DNA from: Chitinophagaceae bacterium
GTDB lineage: Bacteria; Bacteroidota; Bacteroidia; Chitinophagales; Chitinophagaceae
DNA length: 64,000 nt
NCBI GenBank assembly: GCA_027489035.1
Contig: JAIYAN010000013.1
Span: 4,141-68,140 of the forward strand
Direction of reading: 5' to 3'
Each line of letters begins with the position of its first letter. Position 1 is the first letter of the stretch. Under the pieces are notes generated by a model. It had not been told where the DNA came from. It did no database searches and saw nothing but the letters and a program-made list of their open reading frames with translations. A program made the translations under genes and the position numbers. Positions 20,574 through 29,860 of this stretch are shown piece after piece.

Positions 20574-21074
20574 AAATTTTTTAACCTTTTACTCTTGGTT
20601 TTTCAGGATTGGGTTTTACTTATAGGGAGTAAACGTTTCCTGCTTTTAGAGTTTCTTTTTCATTGAAAAAGAAGTGGGTTTTAAAATTTTACAGATTTAA
20701 AGAAATCTGTTGTTTTTTTACCTGCTTACTTTTATTTGGAAAGTAAGTCGGCTTGGATGTTGGATCTACTGGTTTTTTTGCCATCATCGCTTTTTACGGC
20801 ATAGGCTAGGATATTGGTTTTTTTTAGTTTTCCACCATCATCGCTTTTTACAGCATAGGTGAGGATATTGGTTTTGGTTTTCATTTCCGGATAAAATATT
20901 TATCCGTTGTTATTGGATTTTAGTTTTTTTTAGGGTACTGGATTCGTTTGGTTTTCTAGGATTTTAGAAATCAAAATCTTGTTTTAGTTTCATTCGATTT
21001 CTGATACAAAGATGCACCGCTTTTTTATGTTGTACTAGAGCAATACTGCCCTTTTTTCGGGGTGATGTAATTAC
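20574..21074 (-). ncRNA. Putative sRNA / small-peptide locus 2 (with promoter block 21004-21074)
   Basis: Paralogous to locus 1. Two copies of the conserved hairpin (20780-20806, 20834-20860), with the terminator at 20542. Confidence 0.45.
20732..20884 (-). CDS. Possible 50-aa peptide with internal repeat
   Basis: Manual translation: MKTKTNILTYAVKSDDGGKLKKTNILAYAVKSDDGKKTSRSNIQADLLSK; below the ORF-track cutoff. Confidence 0.3.
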   Translation of the reverse strand: MKTKTNILTYAVKSDDGGKLKKTNILAYAVKSDDGKKTSRSNIQADLLSK

Positions 21075-21225
21075 CGAAATCAAGAAAAAAACAGCGTATA
21101 AGATACAGATCAAAGAGGTGTTTTAACTTCGTAATTTTACGTTCTTGAGAAGAAATTAGTGCCGTAAAATAAAAATGCTGCATCCTAAGATGCAGCACTG
21201 TATTGATTCTTATTCAATTTGTTGT

Positions 21226-22581
21226 TTATTTAGACAAACTTTGAATAATGTCGTATTTGGTTACAATCTGATACAAACCACTATCATCTTTACTCATCAC
21301 CGCTCCGTTTTCTTTATTGATAAAATTGCTTAAACGCTCAACAGGCGTATCAAAACTTACTTCTGGATATGGACTTTCTAAAACATCTTTTACCAAATGT
21401 GTTTTGATTTCACTGTTTACAAGCATCTTATTAAATAAACCACTTTCAGAAATGGCACCAACCATAATTCCATTTTCAAAAACAGGAATATTTTCAATGT
21501 CAAACTTCTTCATCAAATGAATGGCTTCCATAACGGTTTGGTCTGTAGTTAAGCTGATAAGCTTTTGACTTTTTCTACCATTGATAATGTCTTTAAATGT
21601 ATTCACATCCAAAAACCCGCGCTCCATCATCCATTCGTCATTATATACTTTACCTACATATCTACTTCCATGATCATGAAAAATACAAACCACCACATCA
21701 TCAGGTTTTAATTGATCTTTTAAATTATAAACACCTTGCAAACAACTACCACAACTGTAACCAATAAATATTCCTTCTTCTTTGGCAATTCTTCTGGCCA
21801 TAACTGCACCATCTTTATCGGTAACTTTTGTAAACTCATCGATGTACTGCATATCGTAATTCTGTGGCACAAAATCTTCACCAAAACCTTCGCTGATATA
21901 CGGATACACTTCATTGTTGTCCAACTCGCCTGTTTCAAAATACTTTTTCAATAAAGAACCATAACTATCAATGGCCCAAACTTTAATATTTGGATTTTTT
22001 TCTTTTAAATATTTTCCAGTACCAACAATGGTTCCACCTGTACCAGTTGCCACCACCAGATGCGTTATTTTCCCTTCGGTTTGTTCCCAAATTTCAGGTC
22101 CGGTTTGCTCGTAATGCGCTTGGCGATTGGCTAAATTATCATATTGATTTACATACCAAGAGTTTGGAATTTCGGTTGCTAATCTTTTTGAAACAGAATA
22201 ATAAGAACGTGGATCTTCGGGTTCAACATTGGTAGGACAAACGATAACTTCTGCACCAACTGCTTTTAAGATATCCGCTTTTTCTTTGGATTGTTTGTCG
22301 GTGGTAGTGAAAATACATTTGTATCCTTTAACGCAAGCTGCAAGCGCCAATCCCATACCTGTATTACCACTCGTACCTTCAATAATGGTACCACCTGGTT
22401 TGATTTTCCCTTCGGCCTCAGCCACTTCAAGCATTTTTAACGCCATTCTATCTTTAATAGAATTACCAGGGTTAAAATACTCCACTTTTGCTAAAACAGT
22501 ACAAGGTAAATCCTTGGTTACTTTGTTTAATTTAATTAACGGTGTATTTCCGATAGTTTCTAAAATGTTATTGAGCCACAT
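21226..22581 (-). CDS. Cystathionine beta-synthase with C-terminal CBS domains
   Basis: NPGNSIKDR (PLP Lys), GTSGNTG, GTGGT; C-terminal CBS pair. Confidence 0.9.
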   Translation of the reverse strand: MWLNNILETIGNTPLIKLNKVTKDLPCTVLAKVEYFNPGNSIKDRMALKMLEVAEAEGKIKPGGTIIEGTSGNTGMGLALAACVKGYKCIFTTTDKQSKEKADILKAVGAEVIVCPTNVEPEDPRSYYSVSKRLATEIPNSWYVNQYDNLANRQAHYEQTGPEIWEQTEGKITHLVVATGTGGTIVGTGKYLKEKNPNIKVWAIDSYGSLLKKYFETGELDNNEVYPYISEGFGEDFVPQNYDMQYIDEFTKVTDKDGAVMARRIAKEEGIFIGYSCGSCLQGVYNLKDQLKPDDVVVCIFHDHGSRYVGKVYNDEWMMERGFLDVNTFKDIINGRKSQKLISLTTDQTVMEAIHLMKKFDIENIPVFENGIMVGAISESGLFNKMLVNSEIKTHLVKDVLESPYPEVSFDTPVERLSNFINKENGAVMSKDDSGLYQIVTKYDIIQSLSK

Positions 22582-22762
22582 AAATTTTTTATTTCAAAGA
22601 TAATATTTCTAATAACTGGCGAATTGAGTATTGATGAATTCAAAACAATAGACAATAATGATAGATAAAGATTAATAAACCTTCTTTTATAGTAGAAAAA
22701 AACTTTAAATTCGCACTAGTTTTTAAAAATATATTTAATAAACTTTAAAAATATTAGCGTTT

Positions 22763-24073
22763 ATGTCAAAATCAGCAGCATATGTAACATTTGCCATTTT
22801 AATTTTGATTGCTTTTGCTTCATTGTTTATTCCGTCATTACCTGGTCCGATTCATTCTGAATCTATAGATGCTGCTGATACTGCGTGGATGTTAACGGCT
22901 ACGGCATTGGTGTTAATAATGACGCCCGGACTTGCTTTTTTTTATGGGGGGATGGTAAATAAGAAAAATGTGTTGAGTACCATGTTGCAAAGTTTTATAT
23001 GTATGGCATTGATTTCAATAATATGGGTAGTGGTTGGTTTTAGTTTATCGTTTGGAGATTCGTTTCATGGTATTATAGGAAATCCACTGAGTTTTTTTAT
23101 GATGAAGAATGTAATAGATGGGCAGCCTTGGAAGTTGGCGCCTACCATTCCATTAATATTATTTGCGTTTTATCAATTGAAATTTGCCATTATAACACCT
23201 GCATTAATTACCGGAGCTTTTGCAGAGCGGATAAAATTTAAGTCTTATTTATTGTTTATCGTTTTGTTTTGTTTGTTTATTTATTGTCCTTTGGCACATG
23301 CTACTTGGCATCCTGAAGGGATATTGGCAAAAGCAGGCATCATAGATTTTGCGGGTGGCGTAGTAGTTCATATGAGTGCGGGTTGGGCGGCATTGGCGAG
23401 TGCCATATATTTAAAAAGCAGAACAGAGTCGGTTCATAATCCAGCGAGAATAACGTATGTGATATTGGGAACAGGATTGTTATGGTTTGGATGGATTGGG
23501 TTTAATGCGGGATCGGCGTTTCATGCGGATACAATTGCTGCAATTTCAATTGGAACTACTTCAACAGCTTCTGCGGCTGCAGCATTTACTTGGATGATTT
23601 TCGAAGCGGTTAGAGGTAGAAGGCCAGGCGCAATGGGTGCATGTATTGGAGCAGTAGTTGGTTTGGTGGCCATTACACCAGCAGCGGGGTTTGTAACCAT
23701 ACCACAATCATTTGTAATTGGTTTTGTAACGGCAATTGTAAGTAGCTTAATGGTGGAATGGCGCTCTAAAACCAATATTGATGATACGCTTGATGTATTT
23801 CCTTGCCATGGTGTAGGCGGAATGATGGGAATGCTATTAACAGGTGTATTTGCCAACACAAAAATTAATGCTGCTGTACCAGGAAATGGATTGTTTTATG
23901 GCGAAACGAAATTGTTTATGGTACAACTATTGGCCATGATTGGCGTTTCCCTATTTGCATTTTTAGGCACTTTCGTTTTATTAAAAATAACAGATTTGAT
24001 TATGCCTTTAAGGGTAAGCGAAATAGAAGAACAAGAAGGCTTGGATTGGAGCCAGCATGAGGAGAGGCTGTAG
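22763..24073 (+). CDS. amtB: Ammonium transporter
   Basis: DTAWML, MTPGLAFFYGG, DFAGGVVVH, LWFGWIGFNAGS, DDTLDVFPCHG. Confidence 0.95.
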   Translation: MSKSAAYVTFAILILIAFASLFIPSLPGPIHSESIDAADTAWMLTATALVLIMTPGLAFFYGGMVNKKNVLSTMLQSFICMALISIIWVVVGFSLSFGDSFHGIIGNPLSFFMMKNVIDGQPWKLAPTIPLILFAFYQLKFAIITPALITGAFAERIKFKSYLLFIVLFCLFIYCPLAHATWHPEGILAKAGIIDFAGGVVVHMSAGWAALASAIYLKSRTESVHNPARITYVILGTGLLWFGWIGFNAGSAFHADTIAAISIGTTSTASAAAAFTWMIFEAVRGRRPGAMGACIGAVVGLVAITPAAGFVTIPQSFVIGFVTAIVSSLMVEWRSKTNIDDTLDVFPCHGVGGMMGMLLTGVFANTKINAAVPGNGLFYGETKLFMVQLLAMIGVSLFAFLGTFVLLKITDLIMPLRVSEIEEQEGLDWSQHEERL

Positions 24074-24079
24074 AAGAAA

Positions 24080-24225
24080 GGTTTCAGAGGTTTAAGATGT
24101 TTGAGATGTTTATGATGTTTAAAAGGTTCAATGAGTTCAATATGTTCAAAAGGTTGGAAGTGTTTTCCATTAAAAAAGCATACTAAAACCTTTGTGTCTT
24201 AGTGCCTTCGTGTCTTTGTGTTAAA
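24080..24225. repeat. Mosaic of 9-bp and 8-bp periodic repeats (reverse orientation)
   Basis: gaggtttaagatgtttgagatgttt...aggttcaatgagttcaa; ctttgtgtcttagtgccttcgtgtctttgtg. Confidence 0.75.
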
Positions 24226-24278
24226 AAACAATTCTCGCAGAGAATTTATACTAAGGGTTGAAATCGTATAGGTTCAAA

Positions 24279-24629
24279 CTAATTAGGGAGCGATACCCAA
24301 ATCCATTTTAAAAATATATATAAATAATAAAAAACCATACCGATTAATGAAACAACACCTGAAATGATAATAAACCAAATAAATAAGGAAAATAATTTGT
24401 ATTGAAAATTAACTATTTTACGGAATAAAAAGTTTAATAAAAATCCAATTGGAATTCCTAAAAAGAAAGATACTCTATGACTATTAAATAATAAAAAAGT
24501 AATAAAGTATAAAATGCCTGGAGTAACTAACCAAATCAAAAAAACAAAAACTACATAATCACTATTTGGGGAAGATGGAATGTCATCTTGTTCATCCCAA
24601 GTTTCCTTTATTATTTTAAATAAATTCAT
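24279..24629 (-). CDS. Hypothetical membrane protein
   Basis: 116 aa, three hydrophobic segments. Confidence 0.6.
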   Translation of the reverse strand: MNLFKIIKETWDEQDDIPSSPNSDYVVFVFLIWLVTPGILYFITFLLFNSHRVSFFLGIPIGFLLNFLFRKIVNFQYKLFSLFIWFIIISGVVSLIGMVFYYLYIFLKWIWVSLPN

Positions 24630-24856
24630 GTCATTTATTGTTAAAAATTCTTATTTACAACTTGAAAAAGCGGAGACAAGATAATTTTATTTACGAATAT
24701 ATAAATAAATAGACAGTTTAAACGTTTGATTTCGCCTATGTGGTAGAAAAAACTCGGAAGTTAACAATAGTTTTAAATGATCTAAAATAATTAAGCATTT
24801 TTTTTACTGATTATCAATACGTTATGAATGCACGATAAAAAATAATCGCTATTTTG

Positions 24857-24889
24857 TTTGGCGGTTACACAAGAACACCATTATCTTCG
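24857..24889 (+). promoter_or_regulatory. Bacteroidota sigma-A promoter of the rplM operon
   Basis: TTTG (-33) at 24857 and TATCTTCG (-7, one mismatch) at 24882, spaced 21 bp; leader hairpin GCCTC...GAGGC at 24907-24926. Confidence 0.6.
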
Positions 24890-24947
24890 CACTCCAAAAT
24901 TTTATAGCCTCGGGGATAGCTGAGGCATCACTTAAAAAAAAGTAAAA

Positions 24948-25403
24948 ATGAGTAAATTACATTTCACCACTAAACATGCGAACGAGGCTACCGTGCAGCG
25001 TAATTGGTACGTTGTAGATGGTACTAATCAAACCGTTGGACGTATGTGCGCAAAAATTGCGTCTGTTCTTCGTGGTAAGAACAAAGCTTATTACACTCCA
25101 CACGTTGATTGCGGAGATTTCGTAATTGTAACCAATTGCGAAAAGGTAGTTTTTACCGGTAATAAAATGGCAGATAAAGAATATTTAACCTACAGTGGAT
25201 ACCCAGGGGGTCAAAAAGGGGAAGCTGCTAAAGATTTATTGAAGCGTCGTCCAGAAGTAGTTATCGAAAGAGCTATTAAGGGTATGTTGCCAAAAAATAG
25301 ATTAGGCCGCAAAATGTATAAAAAATTATTTGTTTATGCAGGTGCTGAGCATCCACATGCTTCACAAAAGCCAGCAGAATTAATCTTCACAAAAATTAAA
25401 TAA
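24948..25403 (+). CDS. rplM: 50S ribosomal protein L13
   Basis: WYVVDG, RGKNKAYYTPHVDCGD, GMLPKNRLGR. Confidence 0.99.
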   Translation: MSKLHFTTKHANEATVQRNWYVVDGTNQTVGRMCAKIASVLRGKNKAYYTPHVDCGDFVIVTNCEKVVFTGNKMADKEYLTYSGYPGGQKGEAAKDLLKRRPEVVIERAIKGMLPKNRLGRKMYKKLFVYAGAEHPHASQKPAELIFTKIK

Positions 25404-25442
25404 TCCATTCAGTAATTGTTACTGATTAAATAAAGTATAATA

Positions 25443-25832
25443 ATGGAAAAACAAAAAAATGCAGTAGGCCGTAGAAAAGAAGCGGTTACTCGTGTGTTTC
25501 TCTCAAAAGGAGAAGGAAAAATTACCGTTAATGGAAAAGATTACAAAGATTATTTTCCTTTAGTGTATTTGCAAAATCAAGTAGAAGCTCCTTTGAAAAC
25601 TGTTGAGCTTTCTGATAAATTTGATATTTTGGTTAATGCAACTGGTGGCGGTGTTAAAGGTCAGGCAGAAGCAGCTAAATTAGGCATTTCAAGGGCTTTA
25701 TTAGAAGTAAATCCTGAATTGCGTCCAGTATTAAAAGCAGCAGGTTTATTGAAACGTGATCCTAGATCAGTTGAGCGTAAAAAACCAGGTCGCAAAAAAG
25801 CAAGAAGAAGCTTCCAGTTCAGCAAGCGTTAA
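25443..25832 (+). CDS. rpsI: 30S ribosomal protein S9
   Basis: GRRKEAVTRV, RDPRSVERKK, FQFSKR C-terminus. Confidence 0.99.
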   Translation: MEKQKNAVGRRKEAVTRVFLSKGEGKITVNGKDYKDYFPLVYLQNQVEAPLKTVELSDKFDILVNATGGGVKGQAEAAKLGISRALLEVNPELRPVLKAAGLLKRDPRSVERKKPGRKKARRSFQFSKR

Positions 25833-25920
25833 TATTATTTCGTTTCGTGTTTGGTGTTTGGTGTTGTTATTACATTAAACGCCAAACGCTAAACCCCAAA
25901 CAACTTTAAAAAAATTATAA

Positions 25921-26814
25921 ATGGAAAATACATCATTACAACAGCAACTTTTAGAAGCAGGTGTTCATTTTGGTCACTTGAAGAAAAAATGGAATCCAAA
26001 GATGTTGCCTTACATTTTCGCAGAGAAAAAAGGTATTCATATCATCGACCTTAACAAAACGGTTGAAGGTATGCAAGAAGCAGCTGCTGCTATGAAAGCA
26101 ATTGCTCGTAGCGGAAAGAAAATTATGTTTGTTGCTACAAAAAAACAAGCGAAAGAAATCGTATCTGAGTGTGCTCAACGTGTAAATATGCCATACGTAA
26201 CTGAAAGATGGTTAGGTGGTATGTTGACAAACTTCAATACTGTTCGTAAAAGTGTTAAAAAAATGCAGAGCATCGAAAAGTTATTAGGCGATGGTAGTGC
26301 AGAAAATCTTACTAAAAAAGAAAGATTAACCTTAACGAGAGATAAAGAAAAAATGGAAAAAGTATTGGGCGGTATAGCACAAATTAGCCGTGTACCAGCT
26401 GCTTTGTTCATGGTTGATATAGGTCATGAGCATATCGCACTTGCTGAAGCAAAGCGTTTGAACATCGGAACGTTTGGAATGGTAGATACCAATTGCGATC
26501 CGAACAAAATTGATTTCGCAATTCCTGCAAATGATGATGCAACAAAATCTATTTCTATTGTAGTTAATTATATTACTGCAGCAATTGCTGAAGGATTACA
26601 AGAACGTCAAATGGATAAAGATAGCGATGATGATCAAAATGATGTTGAAGAAAGCGCAGAAGCAAAAGCAGCACGTTTTGAGCAAAAAGTAGATGGTGGT
26701 GATGACAGAAACAAACGTGGCAGAGGGCCAGGTGCAGGTTCTGGAGCTCCAGCTAAAAGACGTACAACTGGTGGTCCAGGTGGCGGCGGAAACAGAAGAC
26801 CAGCTGGAAAATAA
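25921..26814 (+). CDS. rpsB: 30S ribosomal protein S2
   Basis: LLEAGVHFGH, WNPKM, RWLGGMLTNF, DTNCDP, PANDDA. Confidence 0.99.
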   Translation: MENTSLQQQLLEAGVHFGHLKKKWNPKMLPYIFAEKKGIHIIDLNKTVEGMQEAAAAMKAIARSGKKIMFVATKKQAKEIVSECAQRVNMPYVTERWLGGMLTNFNTVRKSVKKMQSIEKLLGDGSAENLTKKERLTLTRDKEKMEKVLGGIAQISRVPAALFMVDIGHEHIALAEAKRLNIGTFGMVDTNCDPNKIDFAIPANDDATKSISIVVNYITAAIAEGLQERQMDKDSDDDQNDVEESAEAKAARFEQKVDGGDDRNKRGRGPGAGSGAPAKRRTTGGPGGGGNRRPAGK

Positions 26815-26888
26815 TTTTAAAGTAAATTAATTTATCAAACATATTTAAAACATTTAACTTCAGAAATGAAGAATTAAAGGAGGTAACT

Positions 26889-27710
26889 ATGAGTACAATT
26901 ACAGCAGCAGACATAAATAAATTACGTCAGGCAACTGGAGCAGGAATGATGGATTGTCGTAAAGCATTAACAGAAAGTAACGGCGAATTTGAAGCAGCAA
27001 TTGATTGGTTACGTAAGCAAGGCCAAAAAGTAGCCGCAAAACGTAGCGATCGCGAAGCTAAAGAAGGTGTTATTTTAGCATATCCAACGCCAGGCAATAA
27101 AGCTGGTATTGTATTATGTATCAGTTGCGAAACAGACTTTGTAAGTAAAAATGCTGATTTCGTTGCATTTGCACAAAGCATTGCTGATGCAGCAATTGCA
27201 CACAATGTAAAATCTGCAGAAGAATTAAATAATGTAGAAATCAATGGTGCTAAAGTATCTGATATGATCAATGATAAATTAGCTGCAATCGGAGAAAAAA
27301 TTGAAATCTCTAAATTTGAAAGAATCGAAGCGCCTTATGTTGCTACTTACATTCACGGTTCAAACCGTATGGGTGTATTGGTAGGATTAACATTAGAAGC
27401 AGCTGAAGCTGGAAAAGATGTGGCTATGCAAATCGCTGCGATGAACCCATTAGCAGTTGACGAAAGCTCAATTTCTCCAGAAGTTATCGCTAGAGAAAAA
27501 GACATCGCAATTGAATTGGTTAAAGCAGAAGGTAAACCAGCAGAAATGGCAGAAAAAATTGCGATGGGAAAATTAAATAAATTTTTCAAAGACAATACCT
27601 TAATGGCTCAAGCCTTTGTAAAAGATGGCAACAAATCTGTTTCAGAATATTTAAAAGGCATCGATGCCAATTTAAGTGTTACTGAATTTAAGAGAGTTGC
27701 ATTAGGATAA
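26889..27710 (+). CDS. tsf: Elongation factor Ts
   Basis: LRQATGAGMMDCRKAL, CETDFVSKN, DVAMQIAAMNP. Confidence 0.99.
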   Translation: MSTITAADINKLRQATGAGMMDCRKALTESNGEFEAAIDWLRKQGQKVAAKRSDREAKEGVILAYPTPGNKAGIVLCISCETDFVSKNADFVAFAQSIADAAIAHNVKSAEELNNVEINGAKVSDMINDKLAAIGEKIEISKFERIEAPYVATYIHGSNRMGVLVGLTLEAAEAGKDVAMQIAAMNPLAVDESSISPEVIAREKDIAIELVKAEGKPAEMAEKIAMGKLNKFFKDNTLMAQAFVKDGNKSVSEYLKGIDANLSVTEFKRVALG

Positions 27711-27716
27711 TTTATT

Positions 27717-27748
27717 AAAGCCCGGTTTTTAAAAGCCGGGTTTTTTTT
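27717..27748 (+). terminator. Intrinsic terminator after tsf
   Basis: CCCGG...CCGGG followed by a T-run. Confidence 0.8.
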
Positions 27749-27792
27749 GATTATTATTTTAAATTTATTCAACAATAAAAATATACCCAATC

Positions 27793-28506
27793 ATGTTGCC
27801 AAAGTACAAAAGAATTTTATTGAAATTATCCGGTGAATCTTTAATGGGAGATAAAAGTTTTGGATTAGACTCTGATGTAATTGCTCAATACGCAAAAGAT
27901 ATCAAACAGATAACCGATATGGGTGTTCAAGTAGCATTGGTAATTGGTGGCGGAAATATTTATCGTGGAATGAATGAAGCTGAAACAGGAATTGAAAGAG
28001 CTCAGGGAGATTACATGGGCATGCTTGCCACTGTAATTAATGGTATGGCTGTACAAAGTGGACTTGAGAAAGCGGGTGTGTATACGCGTTTACAAAGCGC
28101 CATAAAAATGGAACAAATTGCAGAACCTTATATCCGTAGAAGAGCGATACGTCATCTAGAAAAAGGTCGTGTTGTAATCTTTGGCGCTGGTACTGGTAAT
28201 CCATATTTCACTACTGATACAGCAGGTTCATTGAGGGCTATTGAAATAAAAGCAGATGTTATTTTAAAAGGAACGCGTGTAAATGGGATTTATACCGCAG
28301 ATCCTGAAAAAAATCCAGATGCCACTAAATATGATAAAATTACTTTCTCAGAATGCATCAGCCAACAACTTAAAGTAATGGATATGACTGCGTTTACACT
28401 TTGCATGGAAAACAATTTACCCATTATTGTTTTTGACATGAATCAACCTGGAAATCTTTTGAATGTGGTAACGGGTGAGAAAGTTGGAACGTTGGTGAGT
28501 AATTAG
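27793..28506 (+). CDS. pyrH: UMP kinase
   Basis: [37 protein letters not shown]. Confidence 0.99.
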   Translation: MLPKYKRILLKLSGESLMGDKSFGLDSDVIAQYAKDIKQITDMGVQVALVIGGGNIYRGMNEAETGIERAQGDYMGMLATVINGMAVQSGLEKAGVYTRLQSAIKMEQIAEPYIRRRAIRHLEKGRVVIFGAGTGNPYFTTDTAGSLRAIEIKADVILKGTRVNGIYTADPEKNPDATKYDKITFSECISQQLKVMDMTAFTLCMENNLPIIVFDMNQPGNLLNVVTGEKVGTLVSN

Positions 28507-28519
28507 AGCTTTTTGTAAA

Positions 28520-29013
28520 TGAAACACGAAGTTGAAATGCTTGCAGCATTTTTTAAACACGAAGGCACGAAAACGCAAAGGCACGAAGTTTTTTTGTTTC
28601 ACGCAAAGCTCGCAAAGGAGCAAAGACGCAAAGATTTTGAAACACACGGCAGAAGTTTTTTATAAAACAAAGTTGCTAATAATTGGAAAATGCTTCCAAC
28701 CTTTTGAACTCATTGAACAAATTGAACCTATTGAACATTTTCTTGGCACGAAGACACAAAGCCACGAAGTTTTTTGGTTAGAGCGAGAAACAGAATGTGA
28801 ATGAAGAAAAAAGCCAAAACTCAATTTTCGTTCTCGTTCTCATTTTCGCTCTGACTTTTTGAACCTCTTGTAGACACCGGTTTGGAAACCGGCGCTAGAG
28901 GAATAGAAAACACTTCCAACCTTTTGAACATATTGAACTCATTGAACCATTTGAACAAATTGAACCTCTTAAACTTCACAAACCTCACAAACCTCACAAA
29001 CTTCACAAACCTC
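28520..29013. repeat. Large mosaic of 6-, 8- and 9-bp periodic repeats with a palindrome
   Basis: CACGAAGG/CGCAAAGG 8-mers (28557-28630, 28745-28770), TTGAACC 9-mers (28700-28740, 28920-28970), TTCTCG 6-mers (28823-28855), CACCGGTTTGGAAACCGG (28874-28891), AAACCTCAC (28963-29013). Confidence 0.85.
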
Positions 29014-29043
29014 TAATCCCCACGTTTAAACTATATTTGAATT

Positions 29044-29781
29044 ATGTCTGAAAAATACTACAGGGGAAAAATTACCTACATCAACAACGATAAGCAAATT
29101 GCAACAATAGAATATATAACAGGAAATAAATCCAAAAAGATTCAGGCGATTATTGATGATAAGCAACAGGAGAAATATGTGCAGCTTAAATTAATTAAAA
29201 AACCTCATCGTTTTTTGGTTGGCGACAATGTGAAGTTTATCATTAAAAAATCGAGCGCTGGCGTATTTTTTGCAGATCATGTATTGTATGAATTTAATAA
29301 TGCCCTTGAAGTATTGATTAATAAAGCACAATTAACCAATAAATTTCTGGGATATATTAAACAAGTAGATGACCAATATTTTATTAAAGAAATTGAAAGT
29401 TATTTATTCTTCCCTTTGAAAGTTTATAAATATGAAATTCCTCCAACCGTAACAGAAGCGGATAGGGCGGTTGCTTTCAAACTAATCAACTTAGAAAAAA
29501 CAGATAAGATTTCTGCAGAATTATTTAACCATCAATATACACCAGGTTTTTTAATTGCCATAAAACAATCAAAACAGGAAAATCCCATTGAGTCTATTGT
29601 TACAAAAATTACACCCTTTGGGTTGTTTGTTACTTTATCTGAATCGCAAATTGAATGCAAAATTGCTATTGATGAAACACTAGATCAAAAATTAAAATCT
29701 GCTGAAATTATTTTAGGAACTTCTTTAATGGTTAAAATAAAACATTTAACGCCAGATAGGCTGATTGTTGAATTGGTATAA
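29044..29781 (+). CDS. Multi-OB-fold (cold-shock/S1-like) hypothetical protein
   Basis: GKITYIN..VGDNVKF and VTKITPFGLFVTL S1-like strands. Confidence 0.55.
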   Translation: MSEKYYRGKITYINNDKQIATIEYITGNKSKKIQAIIDDKQQEKYVQLKLIKKPHRFLVGDNVKFIIKKSSAGVFFADHVLYEFNNALEVLINKAQLTNKFLGYIKQVDDQYFIKEIESYLFFPLKVYKYEIPPTVTEADRAVAFKLINLEKTDKISAELFNHQYTPGFLIAIKQSKQENPIESIVTKITPFGLFVTLSESQIECKIAIDETLDQKLKSAEIILGTSLMVKIKHLTPDRLIVELV

Positions 29782-29808
29782 TCAATTTTACTTTTTACAC
29801 TTCTTTAT

Positions 29809-29845
29809 AAAAAAAATGCCCACTGAAAACAGCGGGCATTTTTTT
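29809..29845. terminator. Bidirectional intrinsic terminator between convergent genes
   Basis: AAAAAAATGCCC...GGGCATTTTTTT. Confidence 0.8.
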
Positions 29846-29860
29846 AAAAATTAGTCTTCT

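Noticed and set aside
20732-20884. Graspetide/microviridin RiPP precursor
   Set aside because: The core does not match TxKYPSD-type motifs and no ATP-grasp or other modifying enzyme is nearby.
28920-29013. CRISPR or coding interpretation of the 9-bp repeats (ORF-track entries 28532..28804, 28821..29006, 28417..28647)
   Set aside because: Frames stay open only because the repeat periods are multiples of 3 or lack stops. The products are low-complexity and the same repeats occur in several spacers.
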